Positions 48,703-56,736 of a DNA stretch of 64,000 bases are shown piece by piece (positions within the stretch are counted from its first letter, which is position 1; every line of letters starts with the position of its first letter). The position numbers were made by a program, and so were the translations under genes. The notes under the pieces are model-generated. The model had not been told where the DNA came from. It did not search any database and worked only from the letters and a program-made list of their open reading frames with translations. Origin of the DNA: Alphaproteobacteria bacterium (GTDB taxonomy: Bacteria > Pseudomonadota > Alphaproteobacteria > JBFXJJ01); the NCBI GenBank assembly GCA_050175015.1, contig JBFXJJ010000004.1:1-64000 (forward strand), given 5' to 3'.

Positions 48703-51700
48703 CTATCTCCTCAATATACTTGAAAGCTGCGTAACAATTCGTCCTTCAACTTTGCCTTCTAAGTTAACAAAAGTACCATCACCTCTAATTAGTCCCACAT
48801 TCTTGCCGTCACTTCTTGCAACAGAACCATCGAGCATTACTCTTCCTATAATCTTGCCGTCTTGTCCCATAACAACGGAACCAATAGGGAGAACTCCACC
48901 AATGACGTTTCCAATAAGATTAACCACGGTATTATCAGGTAGTGCTCGACCAATTATATTATTATTAGTATCTATGATTTGTCCATTTATTCTAACAATT
49001 CCAATAACTTTTCCCTCAGCATCAATTGCCATACCTCTGTTTATAACTTTACCAATAACCATATTAGTTTCAGTCATAACCATACCATCAGATAAAACCT
49101 TTCCTATCTCTAGCCCCTTTTTATCAAGGACTGAGCCTGATGGCGTTGCAATACCTATAATCTCTCCGCCGTGGTCAACAACAACACCTCTTGGCATTTT
49201 AAAACCAAGATTATCCATAACAACCCCGTTAGGAAGCATTGTGCCTAATTTGTTGCCTATTTTGCTAACAGCATTACCATCAGACAAAATACGGCCGACA
49301 ACTTCACCATCAGTATCTATCGCTATTCCTTCTTCAACAACTTTTCCAATAATCTGCCCCCTGTTGCTTAGAACTATACCGTCAGGAGCAACAGAACCAA
49401 CAATCATACCATTAGGATTTACAACCATACCATCAGACAACGCATTACCTAAATATATGCCATCGGCTCCAATTACAACTCCCTTGCTGACGACACCGCC
49501 GATTATACTGCCATCATTTTGCAAAACCAAACCATCGGGCAGAACTCTCCCCAAGACCTCACCTTTGCGATTAACAACCTTGGCATTATAATTTGTAACA
49601 CCATATAAAGATGTATCCATTTTAATCGCTGTACCATACAACGTTGGTTTGCCTATTATACCTCTATAAAAACCCAAACCGTCGCCATAAATACTGCCTA
49701 TTTTTATTCCCTTTTTATCATAAACCGTTCCATCAGCTAAAAACTGACCCAAAACTTCGCCATTAAAGTCAGTGATATAACGGCGGCTTTCGATAAAACC
49801 TCCTAAAGCCTCACCTTTTTCATTAATAATGGTACCATCAGGCATAGTTCTCATAACACCATTGCCAGTAGCTTCACCTATCTGACCATCATCTTTAAGC
49901 CCGCCAAGCGCTCTGCCGTCAGACGTAAAACCAAAGCCATCTTTTAAAACTCGGCCTACATACGCACCATTTTTAGCAAAGACATCACCTTCAAAGTTAG
50001 CACAACCTAATTGTTCTTGTTTCTTATTTTCGACAATCCCATCTTCCCTTACTTTGCCAAGAACAACGCCATCAAGTCCTACCGCAACGGCACCTTTGTC
50101 AACGACACCACCGATTATATCATTATTATGATCAGTTACGGATCCATTAGAATTTACACAACCTATAACATCGCCTTTTTCATTGTATACCTTGCCATTA
50201 ACCCTAACATCTCCAATAACACGGCAGCCAACTGCAACAACTTTGCCCATAGGCATTAAGGAGCCAAAATAATTGCCAGACAAGTCTTCTGCTGTGCCAT
50301 CAAATAAGATGCGCCCTACAATTTTAGCTTTTTCTCCTATAATTTCGCCATTATCGTTAACAACACCTCGCATATCACAGCCCATATCAACAACAGGCCC
50401 ACCAGAAACAGCTTGTCCCACAACTTGTTCATTAGAATCTAAAATAGCGCCATCATAACGAACACGTCCGATGGTTGCATTTTCACGATCATTAACTCTT
50501 CCATCAGGCAAAATGCGGCCAACAAATTTTCCTCCTGGACCTATAGCTATACCTGTTGGAGCTAAACCTCCTATAATTTGCTTATCAAGTCCAACTATTC
50601 TGCCGTCTGGAAGCATATTGCCTATTATATTGCCTTTGCCATCAACGACATCGCCATTTTCTAGAACCTTGCCAATAATTTTACCATTATCGTCTCTTAC
50701 TATCTGTTCGTCTTTTTGAGTATGACCTATAACACTTCCATCTAAATCGACTATAAGACCATCTTTATCACGCTTGCCAATAACATTGCCATTTAAATCA
50801 ACCACATCGCCATTTGGCATAACCCTTCCTATAAGTTTGCCATTTTCATCATAAACAGGAGTTCCAAGACAAATGCCGCCAATAACTCGACCACGAGTAT
50901 CTACAATCTTGTCATCTTTTCTAACCGCTCCAATAACATTACCCTCGAAATCGACAACAGAAGAATCTGCTTTAGCTGTTCCTATAACTTGGTCGTTTAA
51001 GTCACACGCAAGCCTATCTTTCATATCGAGATATCCGATAGCATTGCCATCTAAATCAACAATGCTTCCATCAGGCAACATTTTACCTATGACATTACCA
51101 TCTAAATCGACAACAGTTCCGTCAGGAAGAACTCTGCCAATAATATTGCCATTTACATCTCTTACAAATTGGTCATCAGCACCAAGCAACCCGATTTCTT
51201 CGCCATTTAAACCGACGACTTTTCCATTAGGCAGAACTCTACCTATAATATTGCCATCAGGGTCAAAAACAAACTTCTCGTTACCATCAACTTGCCCAAT
51301 AACATTGCCATCTAAATCAACAACCGTACCATTAGGTTTCATATTGCCTATAATATTGCCATTCATATCAAGCACTTTATTATCAGGCCCCAATCTGCCA
51401 ATAATATTGCCATTTAAATCTCTGGCATAATCTTGACTTCCTATTCTGCCAATAATGTTGCCATTCGCATCAACTACCGTACCGTCAGGAAGCAATCTCC
51501 CAATAACATTGCCGTTAGCATCAACCACTGTACCATCAGGCAGCGCCCAACCTATAATGTTACCGTTCTCATCATATATTGGAATTCCTAATCGGCCAAT
51601 TTCTTTGCCATTTAAATCAACGACAGAACCATCATCATTAGCTTTTCCTATAACCTTGCCGTTTAAATCCAAGGCTGTTCCATCAGTTAAAACCCTGCCT

Positions 51701-53394
51701 ATTATGTCTCCATCAGGATTACGAATAAAATCTTCATAACCTTCGATTTGGCCAATTACATTACCATCAGGATCCAACACCCTGCCATTAGGTGCCATTT
51801 TACCAATAGACTTGCCGTTTAAATCAACGACATTGCCACCAGGTAACAATCTTCCAATAATGTTGCCCTTTAAATTTCTTGCTAATTTTTCTTTATTGCC
51901 AACTCTTGCTATGACATTACCATTAGCATCTACCACCGTACCGTCAGGCAGCAATCTTCCTATAACATTGCCATTAGCATCTACCACCGTCCCATCAGGC
52001 ATAGCCCAACCGATAAGATTGCCATTTTCATCATATATTGGAATACCGACACCACCAAGCTCCTGCCCATCAAGACCATATGCTTTGTTAGAACCTGAAC
52101 CAGTTATTCTCCCAAGCTCTGCCCCATCAATCCCAACAATGGAACCATCATCTTGCATATATCCTATAACCGAGCCATCTGGATTGATAATCGTGCCGTC
52201 AGGCATCAAAATGCCTATAGGCTTACCATCTGCTCCATAAATAACCTTACCTGCTTCACGAACACGGCCAATAACCTTACCTGCAAGGTCAACAACGGTA
52301 CCATCACAAAGCATTTTGCCCACGATTTCGCCTTGGCTGTTAATTACAGAACCGTCATCTAATACTTTACCAATAATATTGTTATTATTATCGTATGCTT
52401 GTCCTGCTTCGACAGCCTTTCCGACAATAACGCCATCATCATTAATAACAGTTCCATCAAGCTGAGCAGTTCCTAATTTTTTACCTTCGGCATCAACAGC
52501 ATCGCCATTTTCTAATATTTTACCCGCTATTTGATCATTAACATCACAAAACAACCTTCTATTTTGGGCGACACTTATTAAGTTTCCTAGTAAATCATAT
52601 ACCAGTCCGTCTTCCCCAACTTTACCTATCAAATTGCCATCTAAATCATAAACTTTGCCGTCATCGCCAATAGTTCCCATAATCTGGCCGGTTGGACTCA
52701 TTGCATATCTTGGAACTCTTGAAGAACCTCCCTTATAAGATGCTCCGACATTGAAGGTTCTATCTTTTGCATCTTTGCAAATTAATTTATCAACCGCTCT
52801 TGCCCTTATTAAAACTTTTTCAGCACGATTTTGATTGGAGCCTCCGCCCATTCCCATATCTCTTGCACGTTCACGCCAAACTATTATTATGTTGTTCTGC
52901 ATGGTTTCTGCAACAAGAGGTTCCCAAGTAAAGTCAATATTACAAGTTACCTCATCAGATAAAACTAAACCTGGCTGGCATTTATTGTCATATTTAAAAC
53001 CTTCAGCAGGAGGCTTCGCAAGCTCAATAGAAACGATTTCAACGTTAAGATTGCCATATGTACCAACAGTAAGAACGCTGTCAGCTTTTGTGCCGACAGT
53101 AACATCTCCTAAGTCGACCACCTTCGGAGTATAATTAATTGGAGATCTACGGTCAGTTAAAAGACCGAATTCAAGAGCAGGATCATTTTGTTCAACTTCT
53201 GGAACCAACGGCAAAACATCATCTGTCCCCACAATTTTAATATCTTCATATTGTTCAACCTCTTCACCCCCACCCATAATAAAGGCAAGACCAATGAGGA
53301 AAAAAATCATAGAAATAATGCCTACTATTAAAATAATAGTATTGGTCTTTTTTAAATATATATCCGATGTACTGAGATTATTATCACTACTCAT
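48703..53394 (-). CDS. Giant inner-membrane-anchored protein: TM + Ig-like domain + ~1300 aa beta-repeat array
   Basis: N-terminal TM IILIVGIISMIFFLIGLAFI; Ig-like segment (VDLGDVTVG...LTV...C...TCNIDFTWEP); then DGTVVDANGNVIGRLLP repeats to the C-terminus. Start overlaps the virB9 stop (ATGA). Confidence 0.85.
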   Translation of the reverse strand: MSSDNNLSTSDIYLKKTNTIILIVGIISMIFFLIGLAFIMGGGEEVEQYEDIKIVGTDDVLPLVPEVEQNDPALEFGLLTDRRSPINYTPKVVDLGDVTVGTKADSVLTVGTYGNLNVEIVSIELAKPPAEGFKYDNKCQPGLVLSDEVTCNIDFTWEPLVAETMQNNIIIVWRERARDMGMGGGSNQNRAEKVLIRARAVDKLICKDAKDRTFNVGASYKGGSSRVPRYAMSPTGQIMGTIGDDGKVYDLDGNLIGKVGEDGLVYDLLGNLISVAQNRRLFCDVNDQIAGKILENGDAVDAEGKKLGTAQLDGTVINDDGVIVGKAVEAGQAYDNNNNIIGKVLDDGSVINSQGEIVGKMLCDGTVVDLAGKVIGRVREAGKVIYGADGKPIGILMPDGTIINPDGSVIGYMQDDGSIVGIDGAELGRITGSGSNKAYGLDGQELGGVGIPIYDENGNLIGWAMPDGTVVDANGNVIGRLLPDGTVVDANGNVIARVGNKEKLARNLKGNIIGRLLPGGNVVDLNGKSIGKMAPNGRVLDPDGNVIGQIEGYEDFIRNPDGDIIGRVLTDGTALDLNGKVIGKANDDGSVVDLNGKEIGRLGIPIYDENGNIIGWALPDGTVVDANGNVIGRLLPDGTVVDANGNIIGRIGSQDYARDLNGNIIGRLGPDNKVLDMNGNIIGNMKPNGTVVDLDGNVIGQVDGNEKFVFDPDGNIIGRVLPNGKVVGLNGEEIGLLGADDQFVRDVNGNIIGRVLPDGTVVDLDGNVIGKMLPDGSIVDLDGNAIGYLDMKDRLACDLNDQVIGTAKADSSVVDFEGNVIGAVRKDDKIVDTRGRVIGGICLGTPVYDENGKLIGRVMPNGDVVDLNGNVIGKRDKDGLIVDLDGSVIGHTQKDEQIVRDDNGKIIGKVLENGDVVDGKGNIIGNMLPDGRIVGLDKQIIGGLAPTGIAIGPGGKFVGRILPDGRVNDRENATIGRVRYDGAILDSNEQVVGQAVSGGPVVDMGCDMRGVVNDNGEIIGEKAKIVGRILFDGTAEDLSGNYFGSLMPMGKVVAVGCRVIGDVRVNGKVYNEKGDVIGCVNSNGSVTDHNNDIIGGVVDKGAVAVGLDGVVLGKVREDGIVENKKQEQLGCANFEGDVFAKNGAYVGRVLKDGFGFTSDGRALGGLKDDGQIGEATGNGVMRTMPDGTIINEKGEALGGFIESRRYITDFNGEVLGQFLADGTVYDKKGIKIGSIYGDGLGFYRGIIGKPTLYGTAIKMDTSLYGVTNYNAKVVNRKGEVLGRVLPDGLVLQNDGSIIGGVVSKGVVIGADGIYLGNALSDGMVVNPNGMIVGSVAPDGIVLSNRGQIIGKVVEEGIAIDTDGEVVGRILSDGNAVSKIGNKLGTMLPNGVVMDNLGFKMPRGVVVDHGGEIIGIATPSGSVLDKKGLEIGKVLSDGMVMTETNMVIGKVINRGMAIDAEGKVIGIVRINGQIIDTNNNIIGRALPDNTVVNLIGNVIGGVLPIGSVVMGQDGKIIGRVMLDGSVARSDGKNVGLIRGDGTFVNLEGKVEGRIVTQLSSILRR
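48730..52710 (-). repeat. ~17-aa (51-nt) coding repeat array with recent near-identical units
   Basis: Example: acattaccattagcatctaccaccgtaccgtcaggc and acattgccattagcatctaccaccgtcccatcaggc, 51 nt apart near 51910-52000; boundaries approximate. Confidence 0.9.
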
Positions 53395-54845
53395 CGCGTT
53401 CTTACGACATTACATGAGATCCCTCTGCGAGCAAGATTTTCACAAAGAATGTCGCCTTCATTAAGGGTTTTTATCGGTCCTATTCTTAAATAAAAAGTTT
53501 CTTTTCCTGAGCCATCGGCTGGAGTATCTACAGAATAAAATGGTTCATAACCTTGAAGTAAATCCTTGTTCTGAGCTTCAATACTAGTCCACATTTTTTC
53601 TAAGTTAGCAACATTAGTATCCGATGATATTTCAATCGAAATATTGTTTCTTATCGCCATACTTTCGGTTTTTTCTCTGCTTACAAAAAATGCTGGTCCA
53701 ACATTTGAATCTCTAACTAAATCCATTCCGTTTTGAACATATTGAGCATTTGCCATATCTTGGGCAGCCGCAACCTTATGCAGCGATGACAATTCTGGTT
53801 CAGGAACGTCCCAAGCCGAAATAGCACTATTGTCATATTCAACCATATCAAGCCCAAAAGCAGGGTCTTTTCTAAGTTTTAGACATACTATTTTAGCCCC
53901 ATTCCTTAGAACCATATCGCCAACGGCTTCAACAACAATTAATCGACCGTATTTTCCTCTCGTTCTAAAGCCGACAGGAACCTCGCTTTTCTGCACAATT
54001 AAATTAACCACAGGCCTTTGCAGCATATTAAGAGCTTTAGGACCTAAATCAATGTAGGTAAAAATATCATCTCTCCATACTCTCTCTGGAGCAATATCAA
54101 CATCTGTAGGGTTGATAACGTAAACCTCTATATCAAATTTTATTTTTTCAGGGTCTACAGGAACATCACTCCACCAATTGCCTTTTTTATTATCACTCTG
54201 AGAATTTTTGCCGCCTTTAGCGCCACCAGCTCCTCCGAATGAAACTGAATTTGGAGTAGAGCCTGCAACCTGAACGCTGCCTTGCAATGGATTGTCTTCA
54301 TCCGATACTTCAATATCAACAACTAAATGTGTCAGCCTTTCCGTGTTGATACCTTCGCTTCGTACATAAAAAACATACTTATTACCTGAACGACCTATCA
54401 AAACGATATTAGAGTCAACGCCAGCTGGCATTCCTGTTGCTGGCATAACTAAAATCTGATTGTGAGAAATCTGCTGTGCTGAGAAACTGCCAGAATCACC
54501 GACCCAAGCATCTTGAATATATTCCCAATCTGGAAAATTGATTAAGGTTATCATAGACTGCCGGATTCTTATCGGCATAATCGTTCCATTGGTCCAAACA
54601 TATCTAGAATATGCAGGCTTAGTCTGACCTTCGCCCATATTGCGAAGCGGATCAAGCCAAGCTTTCTGTGTCATACCTAAGCTATAGCCCATATAGTCAA
54701 GATTCATAGGCTGATAAACCCCCTGAGATTCATTTATCTGAGTATCAACTTGATCTAAACTTTGAGAAATAGATAACGATGGTTTGATTACAAAACCAAC
54801 CAAAACTATCAAAAATAAAATTTTTAACCTTATCTTAGCCATCAT
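53391..54845 (-). CDS. virB9: VirB9/TrbG-family protein with C-terminal SPOR domain
   Basis: Signal peptide; N-domain (TLINFP..E.IQDAWVGD...SNIVLIGRSGNKYVFYV); C-domain (IAPERVWRDDIFTYID...RPVV...LRNGAKIVCL); SPOR-like tail FYLRIGPIKTLNEGDILCENLARRGISCNVV. Confidence 0.8.
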   Translation of the reverse strand: MMAKIRLKILFLIVLVGFVIKPSLSISQSLDQVDTQINESQGVYQPMNLDYMGYSLGMTQKAWLDPLRNMGEGQTKPAYSRYVWTNGTIMPIRIRQSMITLINFPDWEYIQDAWVGDSGSFSAQQISHNQILVMPATGMPAGVDSNIVLIGRSGNKYVFYVRSEGINTERLTHLVVDIEVSDEDNPLQGSVQVAGSTPNSVSFGGAGGAKGGKNSQSDNKKGNWWSDVPVDPEKIKFDIEVYVINPTDVDIAPERVWRDDIFTYIDLGPKALNMLQRPVVNLIVQKSEVPVGFRTRGKYGRLIVVEAVGDMVLRNGAKIVCLKLRKDPAFGLDMVEYDNSAISAWDVPEPELSSLHKVAAAQDMANAQYVQNGMDLVRDSNVGPAFFVSREKTESMAIRNNISIEISSDTNVANLEKMWTSIEAQNKDLLQGYEPFYSVDTPADGSGKETFYLRIGPIKTLNEGDILCENLARRGISCNVVRTR

Positions 54846-54852
54846 TATTTAC

Positions 54853-55563
54853 CTATTTAATGCTGCCGCCCATTGATGTTCCATCATTACGTCTAAAAGA
54901 AAACTCTACAACCGTAAAGCCTAAAGGATTTTTTAAACGCTCCTCAAAGGGAACTCGTTTTCTTCTAAAAATTATTCTCAACTGCGCTGTCCAATTTGTT
55001 ATTGTTGGGACTTCGGTTGTCGGCGTAATATCTGTCGTTTCATATTCCACCTGCCAAATTCCTTTGGACAGTTCATTTGAACTTAGTATTTTTACATCTC
55101 TTGTGAGTTTTTGACTACTTATTATTGCTAAAACCTTTTTCGCATTTTCTAAAAAGGATTGATAAACTGCTGGTGCTGACATTTCTTGCATTGGACCGTT
55201 ATCAAGCCATCTTGCTTTCATTTCTTCCATATCATCAACAAAAGTATTGCTGATGAGAATATACTGGCGAACAAACGCCTCAGAAACAGTTCTGTTTCCT
55301 GTCAAATCAACTGCGTGTCTAATATTTACAATCTGTCTTTCTTTGTTGCTAAACGTCACCAAAAAAGGCTCTATTCTTACAAGAGGTACTATTTGGAAAA
55401 TTGTAATAATTAAAACTATATTGCACAAAAAACTGACAACAGAAACAAGAGCGAAGGCTCTTGCTGTCCACAAATAACGTCTTTCAGCTAAACTTTCCGC
55501 AGAATAGCTGCTCAAGTATTCACTATCTTGAGAACCGTTTTCTTGTTCAATTTCTTGCATCAA
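54853..55563 (-). CDS. virB8: VirB8-family protein (copy 2)
   Basis: Single TM, PLVRIEPFLV, FVRQYI, MSAPAVYQSF, WQVEY and C-terminal RLKNPLGFTVVEF signature. Confidence 0.85.
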   Translation of the reverse strand: MMQEIEQENGSQDSEYLSSYSAESLAERRYLWTARAFALVSVVSFLCNIVLIITIFQIVPLVRIEPFLVTFSNKERQIVNIRHAVDLTGNRTVSEAFVRQYILISNTFVDDMEEMKARWLDNGPMQEMSAPAVYQSFLENAKKVLAIISSQKLTRDVKILSSNELSKGIWQVEYETTDITPTTEVPTITNWTAQLRIIFRRKRVPFEERLKNPLGFTVVEFSFRRNDGTSMGGSIK

Positions 55564-55570
55564 TAAAACC

Positions 55571-55771
55571 TTAAACTGCGGCTTCAGTTAACCATTCAGG
55601 AAGTCCTGGAAGCATCTCAACTGGCATACAAGCACAAGGAGAAACTTTTAATTCCGCAGGATCTTTACCAAAACTTACTGGCTCAGGTTCATAGATTGAA
55701 CCTGGGATACAAGAGGTACATAAAAAAACCGAAATAAGTAACAAAAATTTTTTCAACATAATTCTCACCAA
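55571..55771 (-). CDS. virB7: VirB7-like small lipoprotein
   Basis: Lipobox CTSC; short mature chain with LKVSPCAC, resembling the (K/R)SPC motif of Rickettsiales VirB7; located between two virB8 genes. Confidence 0.65.
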   Translation of the reverse strand: MVRIMLKKFLLLISVFLCTSCIPGSIYEPEPVSFGKDPAELKVSPCACMPVEMLPGLPEWLTEAAV

Positions 55772-55993
55772 AATGTTATATAACTCCCTAATAATAATTA
55801 ACTTATTTCAGAGATATTTGTCTACAAGCAGCAACGTAGCCTTTAAGCTAAACTTTATATTTTTTCTTTTTTTAGTATAGCTGCAAGGATTTAGAGGTAT
55901 TGCAGCTTTAAAAAACAAAACTTTAAACCTGTGGATAAACTTTGATTTTTAAAGAATTTTTAAGCTTTTAGCTTCGAATCTTTTCGAATCTGA

Positions 55994-56710
55994 TTAATTG
56001 TTAGTTACAACTTCAGACTGAGCATATCTTGTAACAGTAAAACCTAGCGGATTTAAAAGCAAATTAGTATAAAGCCTGCGATCTTTCCTAAAAATACATT
56101 CAACAGAAGCTGTCCAATTTCTTATAATGGGTTTCATTAAGGCTTCTTGCATATCATATGTTTTAAAATCAACCTGCCAAACAGCACTTCGACCTATCCT
56201 TTTTACTCCTACAATTTTTACTTCTCTGTTACTATGCTGCTCTAGAAATTTAATAATTCCTTTTTTATCCATTCGGTATTTTCTATAAATTTGAGGCGTA
56301 GATAAGAAGAAAACTATTCCTCCTGGAGAAAGCAGGCGAACCATTTCTCCTGGATCTTCAACAATAGTATTCAGAGATTCAACAAAAAGTCTTATAAAAT
56401 TCTCGCGGACAATTTCTTTAGATGGAATGTTAGGATTTGCATGTTCAATACGAGCAATATCCTTAGATTCTTTAAAATCAAGTAAAAACAATGGATCAAC
56501 ATCTATCTGCGGGACAATTTGAAGCAATGATAATGAAAACAAAACATTTCCAACTAACATAACCATTGCTAAAAGGGTAAATAAACGCGCCAGCCACATG
56601 TAATACATGCGGCGTGGCGGTATATTTTCTTCTCTTCCCATACCAAGAAAACTTAAAGGAAGATTTGGTTTAACGTTATTGTCAGTAACAAGTACTGAAT
56701 TTTCGGCCAT
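55994..56710 (-). CDS. virB8: VirB8-family protein (copy 1)
   Basis: Single TM, VPQIDVDPLFL, FIRLFV, LSTPQIY, WQVDF and NPLGFTVTRY signature; clear paralog of 54853-55563. Confidence 0.83.
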   Translation of the reverse strand: MAENSVLVTDNNVKPNLPLSFLGMGREENIPPRRMYYMWLARLFTLLAMVMLVGNVLFSLSLLQIVPQIDVDPLFLLDFKESKDIARIEHANPNIPSKEIVRENFIRLFVESLNTIVEDPGEMVRLLSPGGIVFFLSTPQIYRKYRMDKKGIIKFLEQHSNREVKIVGVKRIGRSAVWQVDFKTYDMQEALMKPIIRNWTASVECIFRKDRRLYTNLLLNPLGFTVTRYAQSEVVTNN

Positions 56711-56736
56711 TACTTAACTCTTTCTAAAATATTCCT

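Noticed and set aside
50780-52060. Periodic DNA repeats that might be a CRISPR array or a DGR template/variable pair
   Set aside because: The repeats are in-frame coding units varying at synonymous positions. There are no unique spacers, cas genes or reverse transcriptase, and no adenine-specific variation.
47201-52362. Numerous + strand ORFs rich in P/I/T/S (e.g. 48752-49591, 50873-51430, 51812-52240)
   Set aside because: Antisense shadows of the G/V/I/D/N-rich repeat genes, whose codons seldom produce stops on the opposite strand.
55930-55938. DnaA box as a sign of oriC
   Set aside because: It is a single box inside an operon-like locus, with no box cluster or origin-associated genes.
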